Shown: one piece after another, positions 37,866 through 46,260 of the stretch
Numbering within the stretch: position 1 is the first letter of the stretch
Layout of the letters: every line of letters starts with the position of its first letter
NCBI GenBank assembly: GCA_038872135.1
Contig: JAVZGN010000004.1
Span: forward strand, 28,525-75,496
DNA length: 46,972 nucleotides
From: Candidatus Hadarchaeales archaeon
GTDB taxonomy: Archaea; Hadarchaeota; Hadarchaeia; Hadarchaeales; Hadarchaeaceae
Reading direction: 5' to 3'
Program-made: the position numbers and the translations under genes
Notes under the pieces: generated by a model
What the model was told of the DNA's origin: nothing
Seen by the model: the letters and a program-made list of their open reading frames with translations, nothing else
The model's database searches: none

Positions 37866-38656
37866 GCAGCGAAAAGAGGGAGCTCTTCCTCAGGATAATA
37901 GATTTATGTGCGTCTGTGAGCAGGGGGGAGCTGGATCCATTTGACGTGAGGGTGGCGGAGCTTTTCGACAGGCTGAGGGAGCTTCTCCCGAAGCTCAGGA
38001 AAAATGAGGAGCTTTACATGGATGTTCTGGCGGTTCTCGGTCTCGCAGATGTCATCTACCACCAGGGGAGGTGGATAAAGCACAGGTCTTCGCTCCTCTA
38101 TCTAGACCCTCTCCTCATCACCCTCAAACTTCATGCACTTGAGCCGAAAGAACTGGCGGAGATCTTTGTAAAGTGCTGGCATCCTCTGGTCGAGCTTGAG
38201 GCAGTTTCGCCCCACGGGATCGTTGAGGCGAGGAACTATTGGGAAAGTCTTTTGCCTCTCTCTCAGAGGTGGCCGGAGCTTGGAGGAGCTGGAGGAGCTG
38301 CGGGGGAGATCGGCGTGGAGGAGCTGGAGAGGCACGGGATTCTTTCGAGGGAGGAGTTTTCAGCAGCGCTGGAGAGGCTCGCAAAAGAGCTGAAAATGCT
38401 TGCGGGAGAGAAGGGAGAGATTTCCTACTGGGATTTCATCATCCGCCCACAATTTTCTGAAACTCTTGAAAGGGCATGGCTGACGAGCTTTTTGATAACC
38501 CTAGGGTACGCTGATGTGGAATTGAGACCGCTTGAGGATGAGATAATCCTTCGGGTTGGAGAGGGAAAAGAAAGGGGGGAAGTTTATTCCCTGCCAATCT
38601 CCGTGACGAGGGAGGAATGGAGGAGGAGAGTGAGTGAAAAGTCCGGAAGAGGCTGA
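37862..38656 (+). CDS. Kleisin (ScpA/Nse4-like)
   Basis: N-terminal GELDPFDVRV resembles ScpA GEIDPWDIDI; C-terminal winged-helix-like GEISYWDF...SFLITLGYADV...EIILR; 4-nt overlap with the SMC gene. Confidence 0.7.
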   Translation: MSSEKRELFLRIIDLCASVSRGELDPFDVRVAELFDRLRELLPKLRKNEELYMDVLAVLGLADVIYHQGRWIKHRSSLLYLDPLLITLKLHALEPKELAEIFVKCWHPLVELEAVSPHGIVEARNYWESLLPLSQRWPELGGAGGAAGEIGVEELERHGILSREEFSAALERLAKELKMLAGEKGEISYWDFIIRPQFSETLERAWLTSFLITLGYADVELRPLEDEIILRVGEGKERGEVYSLPISVTREEWRRRVSEKSGRG

Positions 38657-39224
38657 GATCAGGCAGAAGGTAGCGAGGGCGGCTCAGCTTCTCCTTTTCA
38701 AGCATAGGATGGAGCCAGGGGCGAGGAGGTGGGAGCTGAGGAGAGCTGTGGGAAAGAACTATGAGGAGATTTTAAAGATTCTCGACAGCGAGCTGGAGAA
38801 GCTTGGGCTGGAGGTCAAAGTTGTGAAGGAGGCTGAGGAGGTCTCGGAGTCGGATAGATTTCTCGTGGTTTTCAGGGGGCACCCATCTCTAGGAGATGTG
38901 AGGACCTTTGGCTGGAGGATTGACGACATGGCGATGCTCACTGTGGCGCTGAGCTACATTCTAGCAAAAGGGGGAAAAGCGCCGCTAAAGGAGATAGAGA
39001 AGATCCTTGAAGAGAAATTCCCGAAGTGGAGAGTCGAGGCAACGCTTGAGAGGTTCATCAGGCGTGGGTACCTCTCGGAGGATGAGAAAGGTGTAGCATA
39101 TATTGGGTGGAGGACGAGAGCTGAGATAGATCAGAAGACGCTACTTTCCCTGCTGCTGGGAAGGGAGGCCGGGGGGAAGGAAGGGGACAAAAGAACACCT
39201 GAGGCAGAACCCCAAGAGGAGTGA
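38634..39224 (+). CDS. KITE tandem winged-helix protein (MAGE/Nse3- or ScpB-like)
   Basis: Two predicted WH units. AMLTVALSYILAKGGKA and FIRRGYL...IGWRTRAEI resemble MAGE/Nse3 GLLMIVLGLIFMKGN and FVRQRYL...WGPRTxxE. Third gene of the SMC operon. Confidence 0.65.
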   Translation: MKSPEEAEIRQKVARAAQLLLFKHRMEPGARRWELRRAVGKNYEEILKILDSELEKLGLEVKVVKEAEEVSESDRFLVVFRGHPSLGDVRTFGWRIDDMAMLTVALSYILAKGGKAPLKEIEKILEEKFPKWRVEATLERFIRRGYLSEDEKGVAYIGWRTRAEIDQKTLLSLLLGREAGGKEGDKRTPEAEPQEE

Positions 39225-39317
39225 AAATTATTTTCAACAGAATTTTCAAGTCGCGACCAGAGATTTCTCTTCTGGGATACACCATGATTTAAAATCATGA
39301 GTCTAAGTTTGATTGGT

Positions 39318-39395
39318 GGGCCGGTAGATCAGCCTGGAATGATCGCACGCTTGGCATGCGTGAGGTCGCGGGTTCAAATCCCGCCCGGTCCACCA
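39318..39395 (+). tRNA. tRNA-Ala (GGC), CCA encoded
   Basis: Acceptor stem GGGCCGG/CCGGTCC with G3:U70, D-stem GATC/GATC, anticodon arm CACGC-TTGGCAT-GCGTG, T-loop GGTTCAAATCC, 3' ACCA. Confidence 0.97.
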
Positions 39396-39442
39396 CTCTT
39401 AGACATCGATTTAAAAGGGAGCCAAGATATTATTACGGAGGG

Positions 39443-39880
39443 ATGAATTTGCCGAAGAAACCAGAACCTGTGAAAAAACCTGAGACAAAGGCTTCGCCCT
39501 GGGTTCCCGCCCACATCGCTGGACCAGCGGCCTTCTACCTTGGACTAATAATCGCAGTGGTCACAATAGGAGTGGCACCGTCGGGGATGCTTTACGTAGG
39601 GCTAGCGATTCTCGGGATTATCATAGGATTGCTCAACGTTACGGCCAAGGAGAGTGGACCATATCTTTTCGCATCGATTGCTTTCATTGTCACCGCGACA
39701 GGAATCATAAATGTTATTACGGGGCTTACAGGGAACACCTTCACTGGACTGCTCTTTGCTCCTGATTTGAGCATAACAGTGGTCTTGGTAAGGTTGGCGG
39801 CAAACCTGATAGTCCTTGTGGGCGCCGGAGCAGTGATTATCTCAGTCAGGGCGATATATGAGATTGCAAAGAGCAGGTAA
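39443..39880 (+). CDS. Small 4-TM membrane protein of unknown function
   Basis: ATG after GGAGGG; four hydrophobic segments; LAILGIIIGLLNVTAKE motif. Confidence 0.75.
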   Translation: MNLPKKPEPVKKPETKASPWVPAHIAGPAAFYLGLIIAVVTIGVAPSGMLYVGLAILGIIIGLLNVTAKESGPYLFASIAFIVTATGIINVITGLTGNTFTGLLFAPDLSITVVLVRLAANLIVLVGAGAVIISVRAIYEIAKSR

Positions 39881-39899
39881 CCCTGCTCTTTTTATTTTT
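39868..39899 (+). terminator. Hairpin plus T-tract between convergent genes
   Basis: AAAGAGCAGG-TAAC-CCTGCTCTTT, a perfect 10-bp stem followed by TTATTTTT. Confidence 0.55.
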
Positions 39900-40317
39900 A
39901 TTTGCTCCAGAGTTCATGGCCAAAGAAGATTTTTGCCTCTCTTTCAGCATTTTCCGGTGAATCTGCCGCATGGATTATATTTTTTGTTATGCTCTCTCCA
40001 AAGTCGCCTCTGATGGTCCCTTTGGGCGCTTTGGCCGGATCTGTGGGGCCGATCAACTCCCTCATTTTTTTAACCGCCACTTCCCCTTCGATTATCATCC
40101 CAACGACTTCCCCGGAGGTCACCGATTCAACCAACCGCTCAAAAAATTCCTTGCCCCTGTGAACTGAATACAGTTCTTGAGCTCTCTCTCTGTCTAGGAG
40201 AACTTTCTTTTTTTCAACTATTTTCAATCCCGATTTTTCTATTCTTCTGAATATCTCATCGACGAGATTTCTTGCCACCCCTTCCGGCTTTATCATGGCA
40301 AAAGTCCTTTCACTCAT
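39898..40317 (-). CDS. ndk: Nucleoside diphosphate kinase
   Basis: [17 protein letters not shown], catalytic His in NIIHAADS. Confidence 0.95.
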   Translation of the reverse strand: MSERTFAMIKPEGVARNLVDEIFRRIEKSGLKIVEKKKVLLDRERAQELYSVHRGKEFFERLVESVTSGEVVGMIIEGEVAVKKMRELIGPTDPAKAPKGTIRGDFGESITKNIIHAADSPENAEREAKIFFGHELWSK

Positions 40318-40505
40318 TTCTTTCCCCTGAATCTCCTGAACCTTTCAGTCCATCTAGTTTGGTGGGGTTTTCTTCCTAGCCTCATGTTCCTCTCGCATTT
40401 GGAGGAGCAGAAGTAGTAGATTGTTCCATCGTTTTTCACGAACATTAGGCCTGTTCCGGGCTCGATTCCGCTACCGCAAAAGGAACATTTTCTGACGGCC
40501 GGCAT
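40314..40505 (-). CDS. rpl24e: 50S ribosomal protein eL24
   Basis: CSFCG...IEPGTG...FCSSKC. Confidence 0.96.
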   Translation of the reverse strand: MPAVRKCSFCGSGIEPGTGLMFVKNDGTIYYFCSSKCERNMRLGRKPHQTRWTERFRRFRGKK

Positions 40506-40721
40506 TTATGGCACCTTTATCTCCCTTGCTTCCCTCTCAGTCTCCCTCAGCATCAGAATGTCCCCGACCCTCACTGGACCCTTAACATTTCTCGTGATGA
40601 TCCTTCCCTTGTCCTTCCCCTCGAGGACCCTGCACTTCACCTGAATTATCTCCCCGGTGACTCCAGTTCTACCCCTGAGTTCTATGACTTCGGCCGGGAA
40701 GCCCATGTCCTCCTCTGGCAT
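40506..40721 (-). CDS. rps28e: 30S ribosomal protein eS28
   Basis: [25 protein letters not shown]. Confidence 0.96.
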   Translation of the reverse strand: MPEEDMGFPAEVIELRGRTGVTGEIIQVKCRVLEGKDKGRIITRNVKGPVRVGDILMLRETEREAREIKVP

Positions 40722-40725
40722 GAGA

Positions 40726-41100
40726 TCACTTCTTTATTTCCCTGAATTTTTCGGCTATTTCCTTCACAATTTCTGCGGCTTCTCCTGCTTCGGAAATTGC
40801 AACTGCTGCTGCCCCCACATCCAGCCCCGCCGCTGTTCCAAGTTCCTTTTTTGCTGGCACATAAATGTATGGGATGCCCTTTTCCTCGCAGAGGGGCGGG
40901 AGGTGGGCAACGACTTCTGGTGGATCGACATCCTCGGCGATAACAACGAGAACCGCTTGTTTTCTTTCCACGGCCTTTGTTGTTTCATTTGTGCCCTTCC
41001 TCAGCTTCCCGGTGTCTCTCGCCTTTTCTACAGCCTCGTAGGCCTTTTCCGCAAGCTCCTTTGGGACCTCAAACTTCACATACACCGGCTTTGCCATCAT
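40726..41100 (-). CDS. rpl7ae: 50S ribosomal protein eL8 / L7Ae (K-turn binding)
   Basis: [38 protein letters not shown]. Confidence 0.97.
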   Translation of the reverse strand: MMAKPVYVKFEVPKELAEKAYEAVEKARDTGKLRKGTNETTKAVERKQAVLVVIAEDVDPPEVVAHLPPLCEEKGIPYIYVPAKKELGTAAGLDVGAAAVAISEAGEAAEIVKEIAEKFREIKK

Positions 41101-41140
41101 TCACACCTCCTTCAGGTAGCCCTTCATCATTCACGGGTTT
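41095..41140 (-). promoter_or_regulatory. Putative K-turn (box C/D-like) autoregulatory leader of L7Ae mRNA
   Basis: Leader reads CCCGUGAAUGAUGA-AGG-GCUA-CCU-GA-AGGAGGUGUGA-AUG: a box C-like AUGAUGA and a box D CUGA directly next to the SD. Confidence 0.6.
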
Positions 41141-41316
41141 AATCGTATATAATTGTTGGGGGCTCATAAATAGTTACCGTTATTTTGGTGGGCCAGCACC
41201 CCGCGAAACACCATCTCATTTTGAAGCATTTGGACATACATCTATTTGTGAAAATTGACAGAGCGGTTTCCAGCCGGGCGTCAAAACGAACACATCGCCC
41301 GTCGGAATTCGCGAAA

Positions 41317-42564
41317 TCACATCAAAAATCTTTCGCCTTCGAGATCTTCAATCCCAGCCAGCTTGACTCCCGTCATCCTGCTCGCTTCCAGAGTTAGCGC
41401 CCTCAAATCATCTTTCTCGAGGTTGGAAACAGAAGTCTTTCCTGCCAGCATTGCCAGCATCGATGCTTCTTCGGTGAAGACTTTGAGGAGATTGTAGACC
41501 TTGCGGCTTCCAGCCTCAACATCTAGTTTGCTTCTAAGTTCTGGCGCTTGGGTTGCTATTCCCGCTGGGCATCTTCCGGTGTTGCAGAGGCCGCAGAGGG
41601 TGCATCCGAGAGCTATCAGGGGCGCTGTTGAGACGGCCACCGCATCTGCTCCAAGAGCTATGGCTTTGGCAACATCGGCCCCGCTTGTTATTCCCCCAGA
41701 GATTATTAGGTCCACTTCATCTCTGAGCCCCACCTGCTCAAGTGCCTCGTTTGCGAGGGCGACGGCTGCGAGGGTCGGGAGCCCAGCGTGCTCCAGCACA
41801 ACGTCTGGGGCCGCTCCAGTCCCCCCCTGCATCCCGTCAACGGCGATGATGTCGGCTCCAGCCTTTGCAGCAATTTTTACATCCTCGTGGATGCGCCCGG
41901 GGGAGAATTTCACGATGATTGGGACCTGCCAGTCTGTTATCTCGCGTAGCTGCTGGATCTTCATCTTGAGATCCTCGGGGCCGACGATGTCCATGTGTCT
42001 GGCTGGGGAGACGAGGTCCACACCCTCTGGAACCCCTCTGACCTCTGCAATTTCGTTCGTGACTTTCTCGGCCAGAAGAAGCCCTCCCTGCCCGGCCTTG
42101 GCACCCTGCCCTATCTTCAGCTCTATTGCATCGGCGCATTGGAGGTAGTCTGCTGAGACACCAAAGCGTCCGGAGGCGTACTGGACTATGAGTTTTTTAG
42201 CGAATTTTCGCTCTTCGGGGAGGAGACCCCCCTCGCCGGTGTTGACAGCAGTTCTAGCCATTGCTGCTCCCTTGGCGATGGCTATCTTGGCCTCCTTGGA
42301 GACAGCACCGAAGGATATTGCGCCGATTAAAATGGGGATGTCGAGCTCCAGCGGTTTTTCAGCGAATCTTTTCCCGATGGTCACGCTGGTTTTGCATGGC
42401 TCCCGGTAATGGTCTATGGGCGGTCTAGAGACTTGAGCGCAGAGGACAACGAGATCATCAAATGAAGGGAGGGGACGCCTTGCCCCGGTGCCGCGGACAG
42501 GGGGCTGGCCGCTATTTGCTATCTTCTGGATGTACGCAATTTTCTCTCTCGTCCAAGTTGCCAT
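41317..42564 (-). CDS. Archaeal-type glutamate synthase FMN/Fe-S subunit (GltB2/GlxD-like)
   Basis: SFGAVS, NTGEGG, QYASGRFG, ELKIGQGAK, DGMQGGTGA, GCTLCGLCNTGRCPAGIATQ. Confidence 0.88.
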   Translation of the reverse strand: MATWTREKIAYIQKIANSGQPPVRGTGARRPLPSFDDLVVLCAQVSRPPIDHYREPCKTSVTIGKRFAEKPLELDIPILIGAISFGAVSKEAKIAIAKGAAMARTAVNTGEGGLLPEERKFAKKLIVQYASGRFGVSADYLQCADAIELKIGQGAKAGQGGLLLAEKVTNEIAEVRGVPEGVDLVSPARHMDIVGPEDLKMKIQQLREITDWQVPIIVKFSPGRIHEDVKIAAKAGADIIAVDGMQGGTGAAPDVVLEHAGLPTLAAVALANEALEQVGLRDEVDLIISGGITSGADVAKAIALGADAVAVSTAPLIALGCTLCGLCNTGRCPAGIATQAPELRSKLDVEAGSRKVYNLLKVFTEEASMLAMLAGKTSVSNLEKDDLRALTLEASRMTGVKLAGIEDLEGERFLM

Positions 42565-43230
42565 TTATCCCTCCCCCATGTCCACCTTGTACATCCTTTC
42601 CCCAAGCGTTATGACCTTTGTAATTTTCTGCAAAGGTTTCAGGCCGACCTCTTCCAGCAGTTTGTTGATTTTTTCCTTTTCCTCCTCGCTCACTTCATCT
42701 ATCTTGGCATTTTTCCCCAAAGATTTTATTTTTCCACCGACGTAGATTGTCCCTCCTATCAGGGATTCCCCAGTGGCATCCCCAGTGTCACCGCAAACGA
42801 TTATCCTCCCGCCAAAAGCGTACAGCCCAGTCATGTAGTCGGTGTTTCCGCCTATGATGATGGTTCCATTTTTCATCAGCTGCCCCACCCTGCTCCCACA
42901 GTCTCCTTTCACAACCACAGTGCCGCCGTACATTCCCTGCCCAACCCCATCTCCGGCGAGCCCATCGATGACTATCCTTCCCTCAGTGATGTTGTCGCCG
43001 GGATACCAGCCGGCGTTGCCTGTCACGTGGATCTCCGGGCCGTGCATGCATGTGCCGAGGTAATATCCGACGGAGCCGATCACCTTTATCCTCAGATTTT
43101 TCTTTAGTCCTGCTGCCATGAAGTGCATGGAGTTTGGATTGACTATTTCAACATCGCCGGAACTCTCCCTGAGGAGCCTGTTCAGCTCCCTGGGCTTCAT
43201 CCCTGCGGCGTCAATCACCCTTCCGCTCAT
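42565..43230 (-). CDS. GXGXG beta-helix subunit of split glutamate synthase (GltB3/GlxC-like)
   Basis: Repeated GxxGxx units (GNAGWYPG, GLAGDGVGQGMYGG, GDCGSRVG). Start MSGRVID. Confidence 0.85.
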   Translation of the reverse strand: MSGRVIDAAGMKPRELNRLLRESSGDVEIVNPNSMHFMAAGLKKNLRIKVIGSVGYYLGTCMHGPEIHVTGNAGWYPGDNITEGRIVIDGLAGDGVGQGMYGGTVVVKGDCGSRVGQLMKNGTIIIGGNTDYMTGLYAFGGRIIVCGDTGDATGESLIGGTIYVGGKIKSLGKNAKIDEVSEEEKEKINKLLEEVGLKPLQKITKVITLGERMYKVDMGEG

Positions 43231-44137
43231 AGATGAGCACCTCCCCCGGCTCAAGGTAGGTGGGCTTGACATCCTTTCCGATGGAGACGAGAGCGCTTTC
43301 CTCCGAGGCCATGTAATAGCCGGACCTGTCTTTTGAAAACATTGCCGGACGAAGTCCCAGCTTGTCGCGGGCCATCCCGATGGCAGAAGAAGTTGAGATG
43401 ATGTAGGAAAATGGCCCATCCAAATCTTCTATAGATTGCTCCAGCGCGTCCTTCAGAGAATGGCCCTGTTTGAGTTTTTCAACGATGTAGTGGAGAATGA
43501 CTTCTGTGTCGTTTCCGCTGCTGAACCTGTGCCCCTTCCTTTCGAGCATAGATCTCACCTTGTTGTGGTTGGTGATCTGCCCGTTGTGAACAAGCGCAAT
43601 GTCCGGGAATGATGGGGCTTGGAAGGGGTGGGCGTGGATGCGGTCGACCCTGGATTCTGTGGAGAACCTCACGTGTCCCAGGCCGTGGGTCCCCCTCATC
43701 TCCTGTAGACCATATCCCCTCTCCAGGTTATCGATCTCCCCCAGCTCCTTATAGACGTGGATGGAGTTGCCGCAGCTTATGACCTTGCCGACCCCTGTTT
43801 TATCAATGTTTTCAATGATCTTTTCAAGGGCTACTCTTTCTCTCACCTCCACAATGTATTTGTTGATTCCAACCCCGCCGAGGGGAGAGGGATTGAAGTG
43901 AATGTTTCTGATGTCCCCTCCCGCGTTCCCGATGGCGTTTCCTATTTTTCCTATTGTTCCCGGGATATCCTGGACGAGGACCATCAAAATGTATTCATTT
44001 TCCTTCAGCTCGCCCCTCTGGTAAATTGCCACTCCCGCCGAGTCCAGACCCCGATGCTGGAGACTCTTCATCATCATATAAAGATAGCTGCCGACTTTTC
44101 CTTCCTGGTTCAGCATTACCCCGACTATTCCGCACAT
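43211..44137 (-). CDS. Class II (Ntn) glutamine amidotransferase subunit (GltB1/GlxB-like) with an inserted ACT domain
   Basis: MCGIVG (catalytic Cys2), HRGLDSAG, GHVRFST, AHPF, HNGQITN, DTE, RDKLGLRP. The insert VQDIPGTIGKIGNAIGNAGGDIRNI is ACT-like. Confidence 0.87.
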   Translation of the reverse strand: MCGIVGVMLNQEGKVGSYLYMMMKSLQHRGLDSAGVAIYQRGELKENEYILMVLVQDIPGTIGKIGNAIGNAGGDIRNIHFNPSPLGGVGINKYIVEVRERVALEKIIENIDKTGVGKVISCGNSIHVYKELGEIDNLERGYGLQEMRGTHGLGHVRFSTESRVDRIHAHPFQAPSFPDIALVHNGQITNHNKVRSMLERKGHRFSSGNDTEVILHYIVEKLKQGHSLKDALEQSIEDLDGPFSYIISTSSAIGMARDKLGLRPAMFSKDRSGYYMASEESALVSIGKDVKPTYLEPGEVLIYERKGD

Positions 44138-44369
44138 ATCTTCCTCTATTTAAAGGGCGGGCGATGTTAATAAAAGCGTGCCTAGCTGTGTATCGCTCAG
44201 ATTTCTCTCCAGCGTTTCAAGATTTTTTCAGCGAACTATGCCCGGCCGTGCATACAAGTGGCCAGCCACCATTACGAGTTGGATGAGTGAATCTTTCGGT
44301 GATGGCCACGAGAGAATTTTTCCACGAGATTCCAGAAGATTTTTATTCAGACGGGTGGAGGATTGCCCG

Positions 44370-44618
44370 ATGGTTCTTGCGTTTGTGATGATAAAGGTTG
44401 GGACGGGAGAGCAGATGAACTGGATCAGGAAGGTGAAAGAGGAGGTAGAGAAGCTTCCCGAGGTTGAGGAGGCCCACGCAATTTTCGGAAGATATGATGT
44501 CCTCGCGAAGATAAGGGCGAAGGACTGGGCAGAGCTGACAAGGATAGTGGGAGATAAAATAAGATCAATCGCCGGAGTTCACACCACCGAGACCTTTGTG
44601 GCATATGAGGAAGAATAG
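44370..44618 (+). CDS. Stand-alone Lrp/AsnC ligand-binding (RAM) domain protein
   Basis: AFVMIKV...LPEVEEAHAIFGRYDVLAKI...IRSIAGVHTTET; 82 aa; no HTH. Confidence 0.88.
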   Translation: MVLAFVMIKVGTGEQMNWIRKVKEEVEKLPEVEEAHAIFGRYDVLAKIRAKDWAELTRIVGDKIRSIAGVHTTETFVAYEEE

Positions 44619-44635
44619 CGTGCCGGAGGGCCCTC

Positions 44636-46243
44636 ATGACAGAGAGAGTTGCCCGCGACTCCTCCTATCTGAACAGCCAATCTACGACAGGAACCCGCAC
44701 GAGGGTAAAAGACGTCAGCCCACTCAGTGGAATGTGTCCCATCTGCATCAGGGAGTGTCTTTCCCTCTGTGAGATCGGCCTTTCAGCTTTCAGGGGAAGA
44801 GAAGCTCTCTACCCAGACCAGAGATGGTTTGGGAAGAGCACCGCCGCCTCCCTCAAAAATTATGGTTTAGATTGGTCCCATCTCAACATCCTCCCGAGGT
44901 TGCGCGGGGCTCAAGTGATAGAGGAAAACCCTGACAAAGCTCTTTTTCCAAATGTCGATGTCTCCTCCAAGCTTGCAGGGGTGCCGCTGAAACTCCCGAT
45001 CGCCGTTGGTGCGTTCGGCTCAACCCAGGTTGCCAAGGAAAACTGGGATGGGCTGGCGGTTGGTGCGGCCATCTCTGGAGTTCTCCTCATAGTCGGGGAA
45101 AATGTTTGCGGGGTGGACTCAGACGCCACATTTGTGGATGGAAAGGTTACTCGCTCCCCAGAGATGGAGAGGAGGGTGAAAAAGTTCCGAGAATTTTGGG
45201 ACGGGAAACATGGGGATATTGTCATTCAAACAAATGTTGAGGACGAAAGAGCGGGGGTCGACGTCTACGCCATCTCAAAGCTCGATGTAAACATCATCGA
45301 GAGAAAATTGGGACAGGGAGCCAAGGCAATAGGCGGGGAGATAAGAATCAGAAACCTCGAGAAGGCAATTGAGCTAAAGAAACGTGGTTATGTCATCCTG
45401 CCCGATCCAGAGGACCCGGAGATTCAGGAGGCATTTCGAGCCGGGGTTTTCAGGAGCTTTGAGCGCCACAGCAGGGTTGCGATGCCTGCGGAAAGAGATC
45501 TAGTGGAAGATGTCGAGTGGCTGCGGGAGCAGGGGGCAAAGAAGGTGACCCTCAAAACCGGAGCTTACAGGCCGGAGGATGTGGCATGGACAATGAAGGT
45601 GGCTTCCGAGGCGAAAATTGACTGCGTGACTTTTGACGGTGCTGGGGGAGGAACTGGAATGAGTCCTGTGACAATGATGAATGAAATGGGGGTTCCGACC
45701 GTCTGGCTGGAGGCGATAGTGCTCAGATGTGTAGAACTTCTCAAGAAGAAGGGAAAACACATCCCAGATATAAGCATGGCAGGAGGGTTCATCAATGAGT
45801 CTCAGATTTTCAAGAGCATCGCGATGAGCAATCTCGGCGATGGACCAGTGGTAAAGGCGATAACAATGGCAAGAGCCCCCCTCACGGCCGTCATGAAAGC
45901 CGACTACTTTGTGGAGCTTGCGAGGAAGAAGAGCCTCCCCCGGGAGTTCGCCGAGCTTTACGGGGATAATCCGGTTCAGTTTTTCATCACAACCCCTGAG
46001 CTCAAGAAGAAGTTTGGGGAGCGATTCGAAGATATCCCGCTCCCGGCAATAGGCCTTTACACGTATCTCCACGAGAGAATAGGTGTGGGGCTGCAGCAGC
46101 TCATGGCTGGTGCCAGGAAGTGGAGCATCAACCTTCTCGGGCGGGACGATCTCTGCTCCCTCACCGAGAAGGCCTCTAGGGTAACGGGAATTCCACTGCT
46201 GGAAGAGCTGGAAACAGATGTCATCGACCAAATGCTCGGGTAA
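44636..46243 (+). CDS. FMN-binding glutamate-synthase-family protein (divergent subfamily with N-terminal Cys cluster)
   Basis: SGMCPICIRECLSLCEIG, KLGQGAKAIGGE, LKTGAY, DGAGGGTGMSP, MAGG. Confidence 0.78.
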   Translation: MTERVARDSSYLNSQSTTGTRTRVKDVSPLSGMCPICIRECLSLCEIGLSAFRGREALYPDQRWFGKSTAASLKNYGLDWSHLNILPRLRGAQVIEENPDKALFPNVDVSSKLAGVPLKLPIAVGAFGSTQVAKENWDGLAVGAAISGVLLIVGENVCGVDSDATFVDGKVTRSPEMERRVKKFREFWDGKHGDIVIQTNVEDERAGVDVYAISKLDVNIIERKLGQGAKAIGGEIRIRNLEKAIELKKRGYVILPDPEDPEIQEAFRAGVFRSFERHSRVAMPAERDLVEDVEWLREQGAKKVTLKTGAYRPEDVAWTMKVASEAKIDCVTFDGAGGGTGMSPVTMMNEMGVPTVWLEAIVLRCVELLKKKGKHIPDISMAGGFINESQIFKSIAMSNLGDGPVVKAITMARAPLTAVMKADYFVELARKKSLPREFAELYGDNPVQFFITTPELKKKFGERFEDIPLPAIGLYTYLHERIGVGLQQLMAGARKWSINLLGRDDLCSLTEKASRVTGIPLLEELETDVIDQMLG

Positions 46244-46260
46244 TCTTTGAATGACCAGCC

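Noticed and set aside
35967-39224. Calling the SMC operon Wadjet (JetABCD), Rad50/Mre11 or canonical smc-scpAB
   Set aside because: No JetD/Toprim nuclease, no Mre11, no CxxC hook, no hinge, and far shorter than JetC or Smc.
33454-39395. SMC/PHP block as a tRNA-integrated island
   Set aside because: It lies 5' of the tRNA; I found no integrase and no duplicated tRNA 3' end, and the sequence style matches the core genes.
39356-39442. N-terminal extension of the membrane protein ORF
   Set aside because: It overlaps the tRNA-Ala; the real start is more likely the ATG at 39443 after GGAGGG.
44306-44329. Direct repeat CCACGAGA x2 in the glutamate synthase divergent promoter
   Set aside because: Only 8 bp in two copies; no NrpR-type GGAA-N6-TTCC site seen; could be chance.
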